DNA from: Ruditapes philippinarum
Lineage: Eukaryota
Reading direction: 5' to 3'
Assembly (NCBI RefSeq): GCF_026571515.1
Contig: NW_026863975.1
Span: 1-64,000, forward strand
DNA: 64,000 bases
The notes under the pieces are model-generated. The model searched no databases. It was not told the DNA's origin and saw only the letters and a program-made list of their open reading frames with translations. Positions 35,766 through 49,614 of this stretch are shown piece after piece. The first letter of the stretch is position 1, and each line of letters begins with the position of its first letter. The position numbers and the translations under genes were made by a program.

Positions 35766-38700
35766 GTACATGTTATCGAAAGTTTCAAAAGTGGTTATTT
35801 TGAATATGAAAAGATCGTCGGATTTTATATTTCACAATTTTAAAGTAGTTTCTACCAGATTGTTTATGTGTTAACTCATTACTGTGTTCGAGACCCGGTT
35901 AGATTGCATCATTATTCTACATTTTATAATTTAATAGCGAAAATGTCGGCATATAAAACATTTCAGAGACTTGCTTTAAACGTGTTTGTTTTGTTTTGGT
36001 CTTTGTTTGTTTTGTATTGTTTTGTTGTTGTTGTTTTTTCTTTGTTTTTTTTGTGGAGGGGGACGTCATTTTGTTGTTTTCTTTTCGGAATCGAAAGTAA
36101 TTAAGTACATACAATATGGAACAATCGAAGCGCCTCAACACCTCAACGATTATTCATAATAATCTAGGAGTTATAACTAATACGGATTAAAACTATTTCT
36201 ACCACTACTAAAGCATGGGATGGCGATATTTAAATTTGCTGATTGAATATGTACTTTTTTCAAAAAATAGAACAAATATTTTCCTTCTTGTCTTTTTCAT
36301 TTTTTAAGTTAAAATATTTCATTTATTAACAATTCTCTTTACACAAACAAAACCAAAACCATAGAAAACTTTGCATAGTAATTTATTTTACTCAGACACA
36401 AAAGAATGCAATTCAATATTACTTCAAAAAAGTGAGAAGTTATAATTGTAAATGGTAAATAAAAACAGGATGTAAAATGTCAAAAGCCAAATAAAAAAAT
36501 AAATCTGAACTAAGATGAAATGTTGCGTCTTTTAAGTGATTTTGAACTATCAAAAGGATCCAAAGGTTCCAAAAATTATTGTTATTCTTTTAAAAAAAAT
36601 ATTACTGTTATATCTGCTTTTAGATTATAAATTGTATTGTTTGCAATACAACAAAGTCGGTGTTATTAATCATGCTCCTATCAAGCAAAAGAAGTTAAAA
36701 TATATTATAAACTTTATAAAATTATAAAAAAAGAAACGTTTACGAAAACGATTAATTAAATAAAGTGCTTACCTGAAACTAACTTCTCATTGTTGCGTAT
36801 AGAAATACTATGTCCTTTTAGGTATGATAAAAAACAAAAACGGATTCCTTCTGCAAAGGCCTCCAATCTAACAACGATTGTATTAAGTTTAATAACGACC
36901 TTTATTACTCTGTAAAGTTTATGTTATCCAAGCTGCAAATGTCTGTCATTTGTCTAAACTGCCTTGTAAATGAAATGGATTATGTTTTATCGAAGTCGGT
37001 GTTTAATAATGCACAAATGCATTGTGCAACGGGGAATATCGAGTTACCAATAACGGTAGGTTTACAAAGGGTATTTCCACGGCATGACGATAAAAAACAA
37101 ACAGAATATAACCTTAACGTCCCATGCACATTTTACAAAAATAATGCTTAATCATGGACATGATGGAAGAGCCGTCGTTTTTAATCTGAAGTAATTTGAA
37201 AGTTTATCAAGTGAGTAACTATAAATCAAATTCTTGCATAAAAACGCGTGCACAGGTATGTATACATAAACGGAGAAGTGGATAAAATCTGTCTATAGCG
37301 TTTTTTGTAATATGCAAACACTTTTAGAGGCTATTTTGTTTCCAAAAAAACCAAACCTTTGGAAAATTTCCCTGCATAAATTTTGGTTTCTAAATTTAAA
37401 AAGATTTTTTAAAAATTATAAATTGTGATTCCGGGGGTTACATACTGCACTGGGATTAAAACAAATTTTTATTATTTTCGATTGAAAAATGAAAAAATTT
37501 TTATAAAAAGTATTTTAAATTTTAAATTTGCGGGCATGGTTTAAAAAGTAAACGATAAAAATTTCACAAAACGTTTTAATTTCTGTGCTCATGACGTTTA
37601 GAATGTAACTGCATTTAACTTGACACACTAAAGGGTTTTCAACACCCCCACTTTCCTTTTACTTTCTAACGCGATTTAAAATTTGGGAAAAGATTTTGGG
37701 AATTTCCCTTTATTTGGAAATTTTCACGGAAATAGACGAAAATTAATAGGCGGAGCCAATTTCACGAAAGCAGAATATAAAGAGAGGTAACTCTTGCGGG
37801 TACAAAAATATTTCAAATTATATAGAAACTGTTACATCACTCTTGACTTTGAACATCCCTCTGATTTTGTTTAAACGTATTCTAGTACAGGATATTCAAG
37901 TCATGCAAAATTGTTTAATATATAATGTAAAAAATGTAACAACGTATATACTGATAATGAGCATAATAATATGCAAAAAACTAAAGTTGGTGAAATAACA
38001 TAAGGAAATGTTTCCCATATATAATGACACTCACCACTATTTATTGATATCAATAATAGAGTTTTGCTTGAGCCACGGCAATACTCTTTGGCCATATCTT
38101 TTTTTTTTTACCTTCAGCAAATAGTACTAGAATGCGATACATGGAAGGCACTTTTGGCAACACCAATAAAGAGAACTGAACAAAAAGCTTGTGCCTTCTT
38201 TCTTTAAAGGACTATGTTGGGTTGTAGAAAAACTCATATATTTTGACCAAGTGTATAACCATGAAAACAATGCAGAGTTTACTATCGATAATTCCGTTGT
38301 ATAACCAAAACTTGTGAATTTGTCCCATATTAATGTTGAAATAAATATTCAGTGTATCCTTGCAACTCTGTTTACCTCCATTGGGAGGTATTTTGGGTCA
38401 TAGGATGTGATTTAGCCTTTTATTGTTAAATATATGCAAGCTGGCGTAGGTTAAGGTCTTTTTTATGCATTGTGCTGAATCAAATTAGCACCTCTAAAAT
38501 ATGTGTATACATGCTGTCATTAGCTGTCACCTAGATTTGCTGTCTAAATTTGTTGTCTATTATGATCAAAAACAGAGAACTACTTTTATGTACATGAAAT
38601 ACTACAGCAGAATATTTATTAAGGTTTTGAAAGTAATGGCTTTCTAAGGAGATAAAAATAAACAAGGTATATCATAAATTGATAATCAACATACATACAT

Positions 38701-40247
38701 TTGGACTCATTTTAAATTTTACTTATTGAAAACGAAATGGGAAAAATGGGGAAAATATATGGTAAAAATAAAAAGTTATGTACGAAAAGGGTACATACAA
38801 CTTTGGTTATAATTTTACTATTGTTAAAAGTTTTTTTTCTTGTCAAGTCATACGTTAGAATTAAGGTTACTAATATAATAGTACTACTAGGAAAGACAAC
38901 AGCCAGAATTTGGTCTGTATTAGTAATAAGTCGTATCAGAATGTTGAACTTGAAAAATTGAAAGTGGTAAGGTAGCAGCTTTAACTGTAAATGTTACTCA
39001 TTCTTATGCAAATTGGAATACCATCAGTGAAATTTATTTGTCGTTGAATATAGTCTTTTCAATAGTTTTCACTTCTTGAAAAATATTTAACCTCAGACAG
39101 TATGTAACCTGGTGATTTTCGGTTTTTTTTAAGTTTCTTTTTTCCAGGAAATGTGGTGTCTACAAACGTTTTAAAAACTTATATGCCTATATTCCTTTTA
39201 AAGTCCGCTGATGTTGGTTGTAGGCAATCATGCAACAGAATTATGTTAAGTAACTAAACACCTAAACGGTATGATAAACGGAAACTACGCCGTTTTCTTG
39301 TCGCCGACGGTAAATACCGAAAATGAGCGGAAAATACGTTTATTTACGATGATTTAGTGGGCGGGAAAATGGGCGGAGCTTATTTTATCTCCTATTGAAA
39401 AACGTGTAAAGCTGGATTATGCTGATCTGAATCATGATGGTTCGACAATGTAAAGCTAAGAATGTAACTTCTGTTTTGAGTATTCGAACACTTGGTACTG
39501 CTACTATCAGTTAATGTTTTGTCGTTAAACAAATAGTATTTTGTTGAAATGCATGTTTACAATGTTAAATCGGCAAACTCAATCCAAGTATGCAACATTG
39601 GAGTTTACATACAAAGAAATACAATTGTATTTTATCCATTAACAAACTGTTCAACTCAGATCAACAAGGCTGGATTTTTGGCAACGAATAGCCTCCATAT
39701 AACACAGGGCTCGGTGTAAAACTAGCTAACTGTCAAATGACCTGGCACGTAAAAAGCATGTAGTAACCGTTTTTTATAACGCAACGTGGAATGAAAGAAT
39801 CAGAAATATCCTTATAAGTAATAATAGCCCTCGGGCATTAGTATGTGTCGATGTAAATGCTTGTAAACATTGTACATTAACCCTGTAATAATAGCCCACG
39901 GGGATAAATATGTGTCCCATTAACCCCGTATTATAATGATACACTTGTTGAGCACTAAGGAACCTAAGAAGGATAACATGCTGAATAGTGCCTCACAAAT
40001 AAATTCTATTGGAAAAGATACTTTAAGAAGAAAAAATACTTTAAGAAGTTCAACTAAAATTATTATTCTATTTCAAGGTGGCAAAAAAACTAAAAGATAT
40101 ATGTGGCAACGGGGTCTTTCAAATAGAAGTATCACCATTCATACATATAAATACATTAAGAAAAATGTTCTTTTCAACAGCTCCATGTAAATGTATATTT
40201 AATAAAGTGTTAATTTCATGGCAGTTGAATGAAAGAATATAACAATT

Positions 40248-40482
40248 GAGCCGCGTCATGACAAAACCAACATAGTGCGTTTGCGACCAGCATGGATCCA
40301 GACAAGCCTGCGCATCCGCGCAGTCTGATCAGGATCCATGCTGTTCGCTTACAAACCCTATTACAAGTAGAGAATCTGATAGCGAACAGCATGGATCCTG
40401 ATCAGACTGCGAGGATGCGCAGGCTGGTCTGGACCCATGCTGGTCGCAAACCAATTATGTTGGTTTTGACATGACGCGGCTC
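40248..40482. mobile_element. 235-bp palindromic MITE, ~100-bp TIRs, GAG...CTC termini (Sola-like, tentative)
   Basis: gagccgcgtcatgacaaaaccaacata...catgctgttcgct and agcgaacagcatg...tatgttggttttgacatgacgcggctc, with flanks aatt/attt. Confidence 0.88.
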
Positions 40483-41510
40483 ATTTATTTTCATATTTTA
40501 TATTTGTAAAATTAACATGGTTAACATTTTATATGATTTTCTTAAATGCAACAAATTACACATGAATGAGTGCAGTTCTTTAAGAAACACTTTTGTCAGT
40601 TTAACTTACTATATTGTCATTCTAGGAAAAATGATCATTTATTGTAGTATGTGAACATTTGTGCATGTGAGTGTTTATTGTTAAAGCATTTCAAAATTAA
40701 ATTTTTTCAAGAACGGCACAATTTTATTGCTTGAATTTATTTTCATAAACAAATCGATTACTAGATTGATTAATGAATCGTGTTTAACTGATTTACCAGT
40801 GTAAACGTTTTTGATTCATCAGAAATAATTCAATCATATCGGAAAAAAAAATAATTTCACGCACATGTGTTCACATTTGATATTAAGTAAAAAAAATCCA
40901 CATCATTTGATTGAAATAGAAACAATATATGTATGTGCATGTAATAAGTAAAACTATTACTGTAATAAGTAAATTGTTTTTACCAAAAAGTCACAATCTA
41001 CACTTATACCAAACCATGAAAAGACTTCTTCCAAAATTATACCGTAAATTGTTTAGCTACTTTTAAATGAACATGTGCCGATTACTGTCATTTATTGCAA
41101 TCAGTTGTAATGTTCGACATAGTATCAACGAAAGTAAATAAAATACATATGTTACAAAGTGGCAATTTATATTCATAAGTATAATACAAGATTCTAGTTC
41201 GAAACAATACAAGGAAAAACATTAATTCGCTTCATACACTTGTCATTGTCTTCCATGAACAAGCTTAATAAAACAGAATTTCAAGTTTACCAACTCGTTT
41301 TTGTTGCCACTGTTCTGGAAGAACTCTCTTCTCCTTTTTCTAGACATTCTAAAATATTGGGAAAGTCAATCGTTTTAAACTTTCAATGTCCAATTGAGTG
41401 CCAAATAATCTGCATTTCATCGAATTAATTATTTGATTAAATTATATCAACCTTTTGAATGCGCATTGGCGTCTTGTTACACTTATCCAAGATTTTGTTA
41501 CTATTCATTT

Positions 41511-41830
41511 AAAGATCCTGTAACACATTTTTTATGGTTTAAAATCATAAATATTATGCTCAAATTCAGATTTATCAATATTGTAGGTTCCAAAAAGCAT
41601 TATTTATAAAGATATTACCGAATTTAACATTTCTTGTAAATAAAGGGCGGGTATAAAAAATTTATTGTCGATAAAGTTTAAGTCCATTTTTACAATAAGA
41701 AATTAATTCATATATATTTTAATGATTACACATAATATGCACAAATATTTGCAGAACATATTTTACATATTCTTCGACGTTTGAAAATTGTTTTATTGGC
41801 ATAATTATGTACATATATATATAAATATAT
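41511..41830. mobile_element. Second, inverted copy of the MITE-like repeat at 25527-25853
   Basis: aaagatcctgtaa, ttccaaaaagcattattt and caaatatttgcag..catattcttcg..tttgaaaattgtt match the reverse complement of 25570-25855. Confidence 0.6.
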
Positions 41831-44681
41831 ATATATAAAATGGTGGTATGTGTGTATATATTCTCTCATTTCTATCAATTTATCTGCACACTTGTATCTT
41901 AAGTGATCCCACGCAGGGGAAAGTATAACTGTATTGAATTTAATTATCTCCCTTTTATATATACTTTATCTGTCTAAATTCATTGTATCCTACGGATCTA
42001 CTTGATCTTACGTGATCCAGTTGACTTTCGGAAATAGATATATAGTTCTCTGGTCCCAATCAGTGAAGAAGACAATAAAATGTCATCGTTGATTTGTGAG
42101 ATATGTTAACAGAGAACAAACTCTATATATGAGAATGTTTGAGCTTGTTTCAATGTGTAGTGCAGTTTGTGACTGTATATAAAGCTGTTCTGAAACCATC
42201 ATTTTTGTGATGGTGGATGAGCAGTGGCTATGCTTTCATGACTGTTTCTGCCATGTATTGCATATTATGTCATAAGGATTCGAGTCGTTTACATAAGAAT
42301 AAAACACAGAAATCATGCAATATTAACCGAAAATACGCTATTCATACATGACGCGTTTTAATCATAAAAGTGTATAACTACAAGAATTTGCATTTTGGTG
42401 TCAGCCATTCATAAAAATTTCATTCTACAAGTTGTTATTAAAGGTATATAAATGGCAAAGTTAAGTACCACGGAAACAGACAGAGCTTCATCATGGAAAT
42501 ACTTGTATTCATGACATATAAATAAGAACATTTGATTAACTATTGTTTATCAAACAACAACAAAAGCGCAGTAGAAATGAAGATAGAAATGGTATGTACG
42601 GACGAACAAAGTGCTTGGAATATGTTTAAATAAAACCATATTTAGAGACTTTCGTTATCATGCATGTTTTATTTATGTAGAGTAATTCTGCTTACATTAT
42701 GCTTCTGACAGTCAGGAAATTATGACGTCCCCATAAAACTTCACAAATGATGTACAAAAAAAATCAAATTAAATAAACTTAAACATGAAATGAAAAAAAA
42801 AAACTTATCAAAGTATTTTTGAGATTTTATAAAAAATTACTTACGATAATATAAACTTTCTATGCTATTTTAGTTGATCTGACTTAGTTAAAACTTTCCG
42901 AATATTTAACAAGACAATTTTACTCGTCAATAATTGAACTATATAAATATATTTTAATCTTTTACCTGACTGATTGTGTTTCATGCAATGCAAACAAAGC
43001 AGGTAAAGTGTAAATATCAATTTCCCTACATGTTTACCAGTCATATTATTTGGAAAAAATATTCAAGATTATAAAAGGAGAACGAGAAACGATTTAAATA
43101 AGTTCTTTACCTGAAATTGACACCTTTTATTTGTGCATTTGCTTGAAACTAGACCTCGATCCATACGCACATCCCGTGTCCTTTATGAACTTAAAGAAAA
43201 AATATAAATGTATTTTCTTTGACGTTGCCGCCATTGTTATAAATTAATTTTTCATTAATTAAGTGACTCAATTTGAATTAACATCAAAATTAATTACTAT
43301 TGAAAAAGAATAATTAATTTAAGAAAATTATTTACATTGTCCGATAATGCATTAAAGATTATGTAATTTTGCACGGTAACAATTATCTTGCCATTTGTTA
43401 TGACTACCAAAAACGCAAACTGATCAATGCAGAAAAAACTAGGAGGTATGCAACTGAAAGTAAAGGGAATAGAAATTAAGGTTGATTATTTATGAGTAGG
43501 ATCGATAGGGTATTTTTAATGCACAGTATGATTAATTTTGCAATATTCGCATATAAATCCAACCAAGTAGTTTCTAAAACAAAACAAAAAAACACGCAAG
43601 TAATACTTGGTTTAACCATTGATGGTTTTTAACTTTTTTCGAGTTAAGGTTTGTTTGCAAGAAATAATGTGAACTCTTAGTAATTGTCATTAAGAACACA
43701 AATTAATGTGTTCCACTTTGCTCGGTTAAATCATATGTTTTCAGATTATTATGATGGTATACCAGCACTATTTAATTGACGTAAAATTTAAGTTTTATTG
43801 TATGTTACCAGTAAAATAGTGCTTTAAATAACTTAAAGCGTTGTAACAATAAGAACAATATTGTTTAAAATAGAGAAAAAATAATCTTTAAAGAATTACT
43901 AAAACAGCTGTTTTATAGACCTCTGACCTAATAAGGCGACATATTGGAACTACTTTAAGTACATGATTCTACCATTTTGTTAGATTATGTTATCATATGA
44001 GGTGTAAAAATTAAAAAAAAATAGTCATTATTTATTTTTTCATCATTGTTACTCGGGTTGATTAAAAAAGAATAATTGAAGAAGGTATCACAAAGATAAA
44101 TACTCTAAATACTAATAGATACGTGATTTGTTACTTTTCCTCCGCGAACGGACACTTTGCCTCTTCTTTAAACGGGGCGAGTTTGCGTTGGTGTTGTAAT
44201 TCGTCTTCGAGGCCTATTAACATCCGAGATATTTACGGAAATAGCCGATGTTTTACGATTGGCGCAAACGGTAGTTTAGATTTTACTTCAGACAAAGATA
44301 TGTAACAATCGAAACTAAAATGATCTTCATATCTTAAAGTGATTTAGTAGAAATCGCAATTTTACAATTGATATTGATTAAACAGATATACTAGATTAAA
44401 GGGTATAAACTTATAAAATAAAATATTTTCAGTATATTAATAACAAGTAGAATTTTGTTGTTTCTATAATCTGGTGGTCGACCAATGAGTTTGTGCATAC
44501 GTCAGCTGTGCTTAAGAGGGCAGTATGCAAACGTATTCTTTTGCAGAATATAAACACTACATATTGTAAATTTATAGCTTTGTTTAAAACTAAACTTTGA
44601 ACCGTGATATGGCAGAAAATGATATCAAAATATGTTTATCATGATTGTCTGTGTAAATTTAGAAAATATGACAAAAAACAT

Positions 44682-44897
44682 GTAGTGGCCGAGTGGTTTA
44701 CGCGTCGGACTAGTTATCTAAAGATCGCTAGCCGCATGGGTTCAAACCCTGTCAGGGGCAAGTCGTTGTTTCCTTAAGCAAAAAAATTTACACTCATTGC
44801 TTAGTACTGCTTGGTTCCAGGAACGGATTCAAAAGTGTGCCTATAAGCTTATAGCTTCCTACACAATCAAACTAAAATAAATTCTGTATAAACTAAA
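44682..44897 (+). mobile_element. tRNA-derived CORE-type SINE (duplicate of 35548-35765)
   Basis: Same A/B boxes, core and flanks. Confidence 0.78.
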
Positions 44898-47800
44898 GTA
44901 CATGTTATCGAAAGTTTCAAAATTGGTTATTTTGAATATGAAAGGAAGTCGTCGGATATTATTATTATTATATTCCACAACTTTTAAAGCAGTTTCTACC
45001 AGATTGTTTATGTGTTAACTCATTACAGTGTTCGAGATCCGGTTATATTGCATCATTATTCTACATTTTATAATTTAATAGCGAAAATGTCGGCATATAA
45101 AACATTTCAGAGACTTGCTTTAAACGTGTTTGTTTTGTTTTGGTCTTTGTTTGTTTTGTATTGTTTTGTTGTTGTTGTTTTTTCTTTGTTTTTTTTGTGG
45201 AGGGGGACGTCATTTTGTTGTTTTCTTTTCGGAATCGAAAGTAATTAAGTACATACAATATGGAACAATCGAAGCGCCTCAACACCTCAACGATTATTCA
45301 TAATAATCTAGGAGTTATAACTAATACGGATTAAAAGTATTTCTGCAAAGGATGGCGATATTAAAATTTGTTGATTGAATATGTACTTTTTTCCAAAAAT
45401 AGAACAAATATCTTCCTTCTTGTCCTTTTCATTTTTTAAGTTAAAATATTTCATTTATTAACAATTCTCTTTACACAAACAAAACCAAAACCATAGAAAT
45501 CTTCTGCATAGTAATTTATTTTACTCAGACACAAAAGAATGCAATTCAATATTACTTCAAAAAATGAGAAGTTATTGTAAATTGTAAATAAAAACAGGAT
45601 GTAAAATGTCAAAAGCCAATAAAAAAAATAAATCTGAACTAAGATGAAATGTTGCGTCTTTTAAGTGATTTTGAACTATCAAAAGGATCCAAAGGTTCCA
45701 AAAATTATTGTTATTCTTTTAAAAAAAATATTACTGTTATATCTGCTTTTAGATTATAAATTGTATTGTTTGCAATACAACAAAGTCGGTGTTCAGTCAT
45801 TCTCCTATCAAGCAAAAGAAGTTAAAATATAGTATAAACTTTATAAAATTATAAAAAAAGAAACGTGTACGAAAACGATTAATTAAATAAAGTGCCTACC
45901 TGGAACTAACTTCTCATTCTTGCGTATAGAAATACTATGTCCTTTTAGGTATGATAAAAAAAACAAAAAAGGATTCCTCTTGCAAAGGCCTCCAATCTAA
46001 CAACGATTGTATTAAGTTTAATAACGACCTTTATTACTCTGTAAAGTTTATGTTATCCAAGCTGCAAATGTCTGTCATTTGTCTAAACTGCCTTGTAAAT
46101 GAAATGGATTATGTTTTATCGAAGTCGGTGTTTAATAATGCACAAATGCATTGTGCAACGGGGAATATCGAGTTACCAATAACGGTAGGTTTACAAAGGG
46201 TATTTCCACGGCATGACGATAAAAAACAAACAGAATATAACCTTAACGTCCCATGCACATTTTACAAAAATAATGCTTAATCATGGACATGATGGAAGAG
46301 CCGTCGTTTTTAATCTGAAGTAATTTGAAAGTTTATCAAGTGAGTAACTATAAATCAAATTCTTGCATAAAAACGCGTGCACAGGTATGTATACATAAAC
46401 GGAGAAGTGGATAAAATCTGTCTATGCGTATTTGTAATATGCATAACACTATAGAGGCTATTCGTTGCCAAAAATCCAGCCTTTGAAACTTGACAATGCA
46501 TACTTCGGTTCTATTAAACAGATTAGTAAACAAATTCTAATTGTCGCGATCCGAGAGTTACATACTGCACTGTATTAAGCATTTTTGATTTTTCTCGATC
46601 TTGATAAAATGAAAGGATGGTTTAACATGCAACTTAGAATTAAATTTGCAAACTGTTTTTTTATAAAGTAAATAACTTCAAATTTGCGACATGTAGAAAT
46701 GTAGCAACGATAAAAACGTACACCAAATACGTTTAATGCTGTGCATCCATACATGAGCGTTGAGAATGTAACTGCATCAACTTGACACACTCAGGTTTAC
46801 AACACCAACACTTTCCTTTTACATTCTTAACGGCGATTAACATTTGTAAACGATTTTTGCAACTTCCCATATATGGAATTATCACGGAAATAGACGAAAA
46901 ATTAATTAGGCGGAGCCAATTTCACGAAAGCAGAATATAAAGAGAGGTAACTCTTGCGGGTACAAAAATATTTCAAATTATATAGAAACTGTTACATCAC
47001 TCTTGACTTTGAACATCCTCTGATTTTGTTTAAACGTATTCTAGTACAGGATATTCAAGTCATGCAAAATTGTTTAATATATAATGTAAAAATGTAACAA
47101 CGTATATACTGATAATGAGCATAATAATATGCAAAAACTAAAGTTGGTGAAATAACATAAGGAAATGTTTCCCATATATAATGACACTCACCACTATTTA
47201 TTGATATCAATAATAGAGTTTTGTGAGCCACGGCAATACTCTTTGGCATATCTTTTTTTTTACCTTCAGCAAATAGTACTAGAATGCGATACATGGAAGG
47301 CACTTTTGGCAACACCAATAAAGAGAACTGAACAAAAAGCTTGTGCCTTCTTTCTTTAAAGGACTATGTTGGGTTGTAGAAAAACTCATATATTTGACCA
47401 AGTGTATAACCATGAAACAATGCAAAGTTTACTATCGATAATTCCGTTGTATAACCAAAACTTGTGAATTTGTCCCATATTAATGTTGAAATAAATATTC
47501 AGTGTATCCTTGCAACTCTGTTTACCTCCATTGGGAGGTATTTTGGGTCATAGGATGTGATTTAGCCTTTTATTGTTAAATATATGCAAGCTGGCGTAGG
47601 TTAAGGTCTTTTTATGCATTGTGCTGAATCAATAGCACCTCTAAAATATGTGTATACATGCTGTCATTAGCTGTCACCTAGATTTGCTGTCTAAATTTGT
47701 TGTCTATATGATCAAAAACAGAGAACTACTTTTATGTACATGAAATACTACACAGAATATTTATTAAGTTTTGAAAGTAATGGCTTTCTAAGAGATAAAA

Positions 47801-49379
47801 TAAACAAGGTATACATAAATTGATAATCAACATACATACATTTGGACTCATTTAAATTTTACTTATTGAAAAACGAAATGGGAAAAATGGGAAAATATAT
47901 GGTAAAAATAAAAAGTTATGTACGAAAGGGTACATACAACTTTGGTTATAATTTTACTATTGTTAAAAGTTTTTTTTCTTGTCAAGTCATACGTTAGAAT
48001 TAAGGTTACTAATATAATAGTACTACTAGGAAAGACAACAGCCAGAATTTGGTCTGTATTAGTAATAAGTCGTATCAGATGTTGACTTGAAAATTTGAAA
48101 GTGGTAAGGTAGCAGCTTAACTGTAAATGTTACTCATTCTTATGCAAATTGGAATACCATCAGTGAAATTTATTTGTCGTTGAATATAGTCTTTTCAATA
48201 GTTTTCACTTCCTTGAAAAATATTTAACCTCAGACAGTATGTAACCTGGTGATTTTCGTTTTTTTTAAGTTTCTTTTTCCAGGAAATGTGGTGTCTACAA
48301 CGTTTTAAAACTTATATGCCTATATTCCTTTAAAGTCCGCTGATGTTGGTTGTAGGCAATCATGCAACAGAATTATGTTAAGTAACTAAACACCTAAACG
48401 GTATGATAAACGGAAACTACGCCGTTTCTTGTCGCCGACGGTAAATACCGAAAATGAGCGGAAAATACGTTTATTTACGATGATTTAGTGGGCGGGAAAA
48501 TGGGCGGAGCTTATTTTATCTCCTATTGAAAAACGTGTAAAGCTGGATTATGCTGATCTGAATCATGATGGTTCGACAATGTAAAGCTAAGAATGTAACT
48601 TCTGTTTTGAGTATTCGAACACTTGGTATTGCTACTATCAGTTAATGTTTTGTCGTTAAACAAATAGTATTTTGTTGAAATGCATGTTTACAATGTTAAA
48701 TCGGCAAACTCAATCCAAGTATGCAACATTGGAGTTTACATACAAAGAAATACAATTGTATTTTATCCATTAAAAAACTGTTCAACTCAGATCAACAAGG
48801 CTGGATTTTTGGCAACGAATAGCCTCCATATAACACAGGGCTCGGTGTAAAACTAGCTAACTGTCAAATGACCTGGCACGTAAAAGCATGTAGTAAACCG
48901 TTTTTATAACGCAACGTGGAATGAAAGAATCAGAAATATCCTTATAAGTAATATAATAGCCCTCGGGCATTAGTATGTGTCGATGTAAATGCTTGTAAAC
49001 ATTGTACATTAACCCTGTAATAATAGCCCACGGGGATAAATATGTGTCCCATTAACCCGTATTATAATGATACACTTGTTGAGCACTAAGGAACCTAACA
49101 AGGATAACATGCTGAATAGTGCCTCACAAAATAAATTCTATTGGAAAAGATACTTTAAGAAGAAAAAATACTTTAAGAAGTTCAACTAAAATTATTATTC
49201 TATTTCAAGGTGGCAAAAAAACTAAAAGATATATGTGGCAACGGGGTCTTTCAAATAGAAGTATCACCATTCATACATATAAATACATTAAGAAAAATGT
49301 TCTTTTCAACAGCTCCATGTAAATGTATATTTAATAAAGTGTTAATTTCATGGCAGTTGAATGAAAGAATATAACAATT

Positions 49380-49614
49380 GAGCCGCGTCATGACAAAACC
49401 AACATAGTGCGTTTGCGACCAGCATGGATCCAGACAAGCCTGCGCATCCGCGCAGTCTGATCAGGATCCATGCTGTTCGCTTACAAACCCTATTACAAGT
49501 AGAGAATCTGATAGCGAACAGCATGGATCCTGATCAGACTGCGAGGATGCGCAGGCTGGTCTGGACCCATGCTGGTCGCAAACCAATTATGTTGGTTTTG
49601 ACATGACGCGGCTC
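49380..49614. mobile_element. Palindromic MITE (duplicate of 40248-40482)
   Basis: Same sequence and flanks within the duplication. Confidence 0.88.

Larger units (their letters stand above)
31255..41229 (+). repeat. Direct segmental duplication, copy A
   Basis: Colinear with 42255-50350 from aaggattcgagtcgtttacataagaataaa to aaggaaaaacattaattcg. Confidence 0.93.

Noticed and set aside
40292-40474. 60-aa ORF present twice (also 49424-49606)
   Set aside because: It lies wholly within a palindromic MITE inside the duplication.
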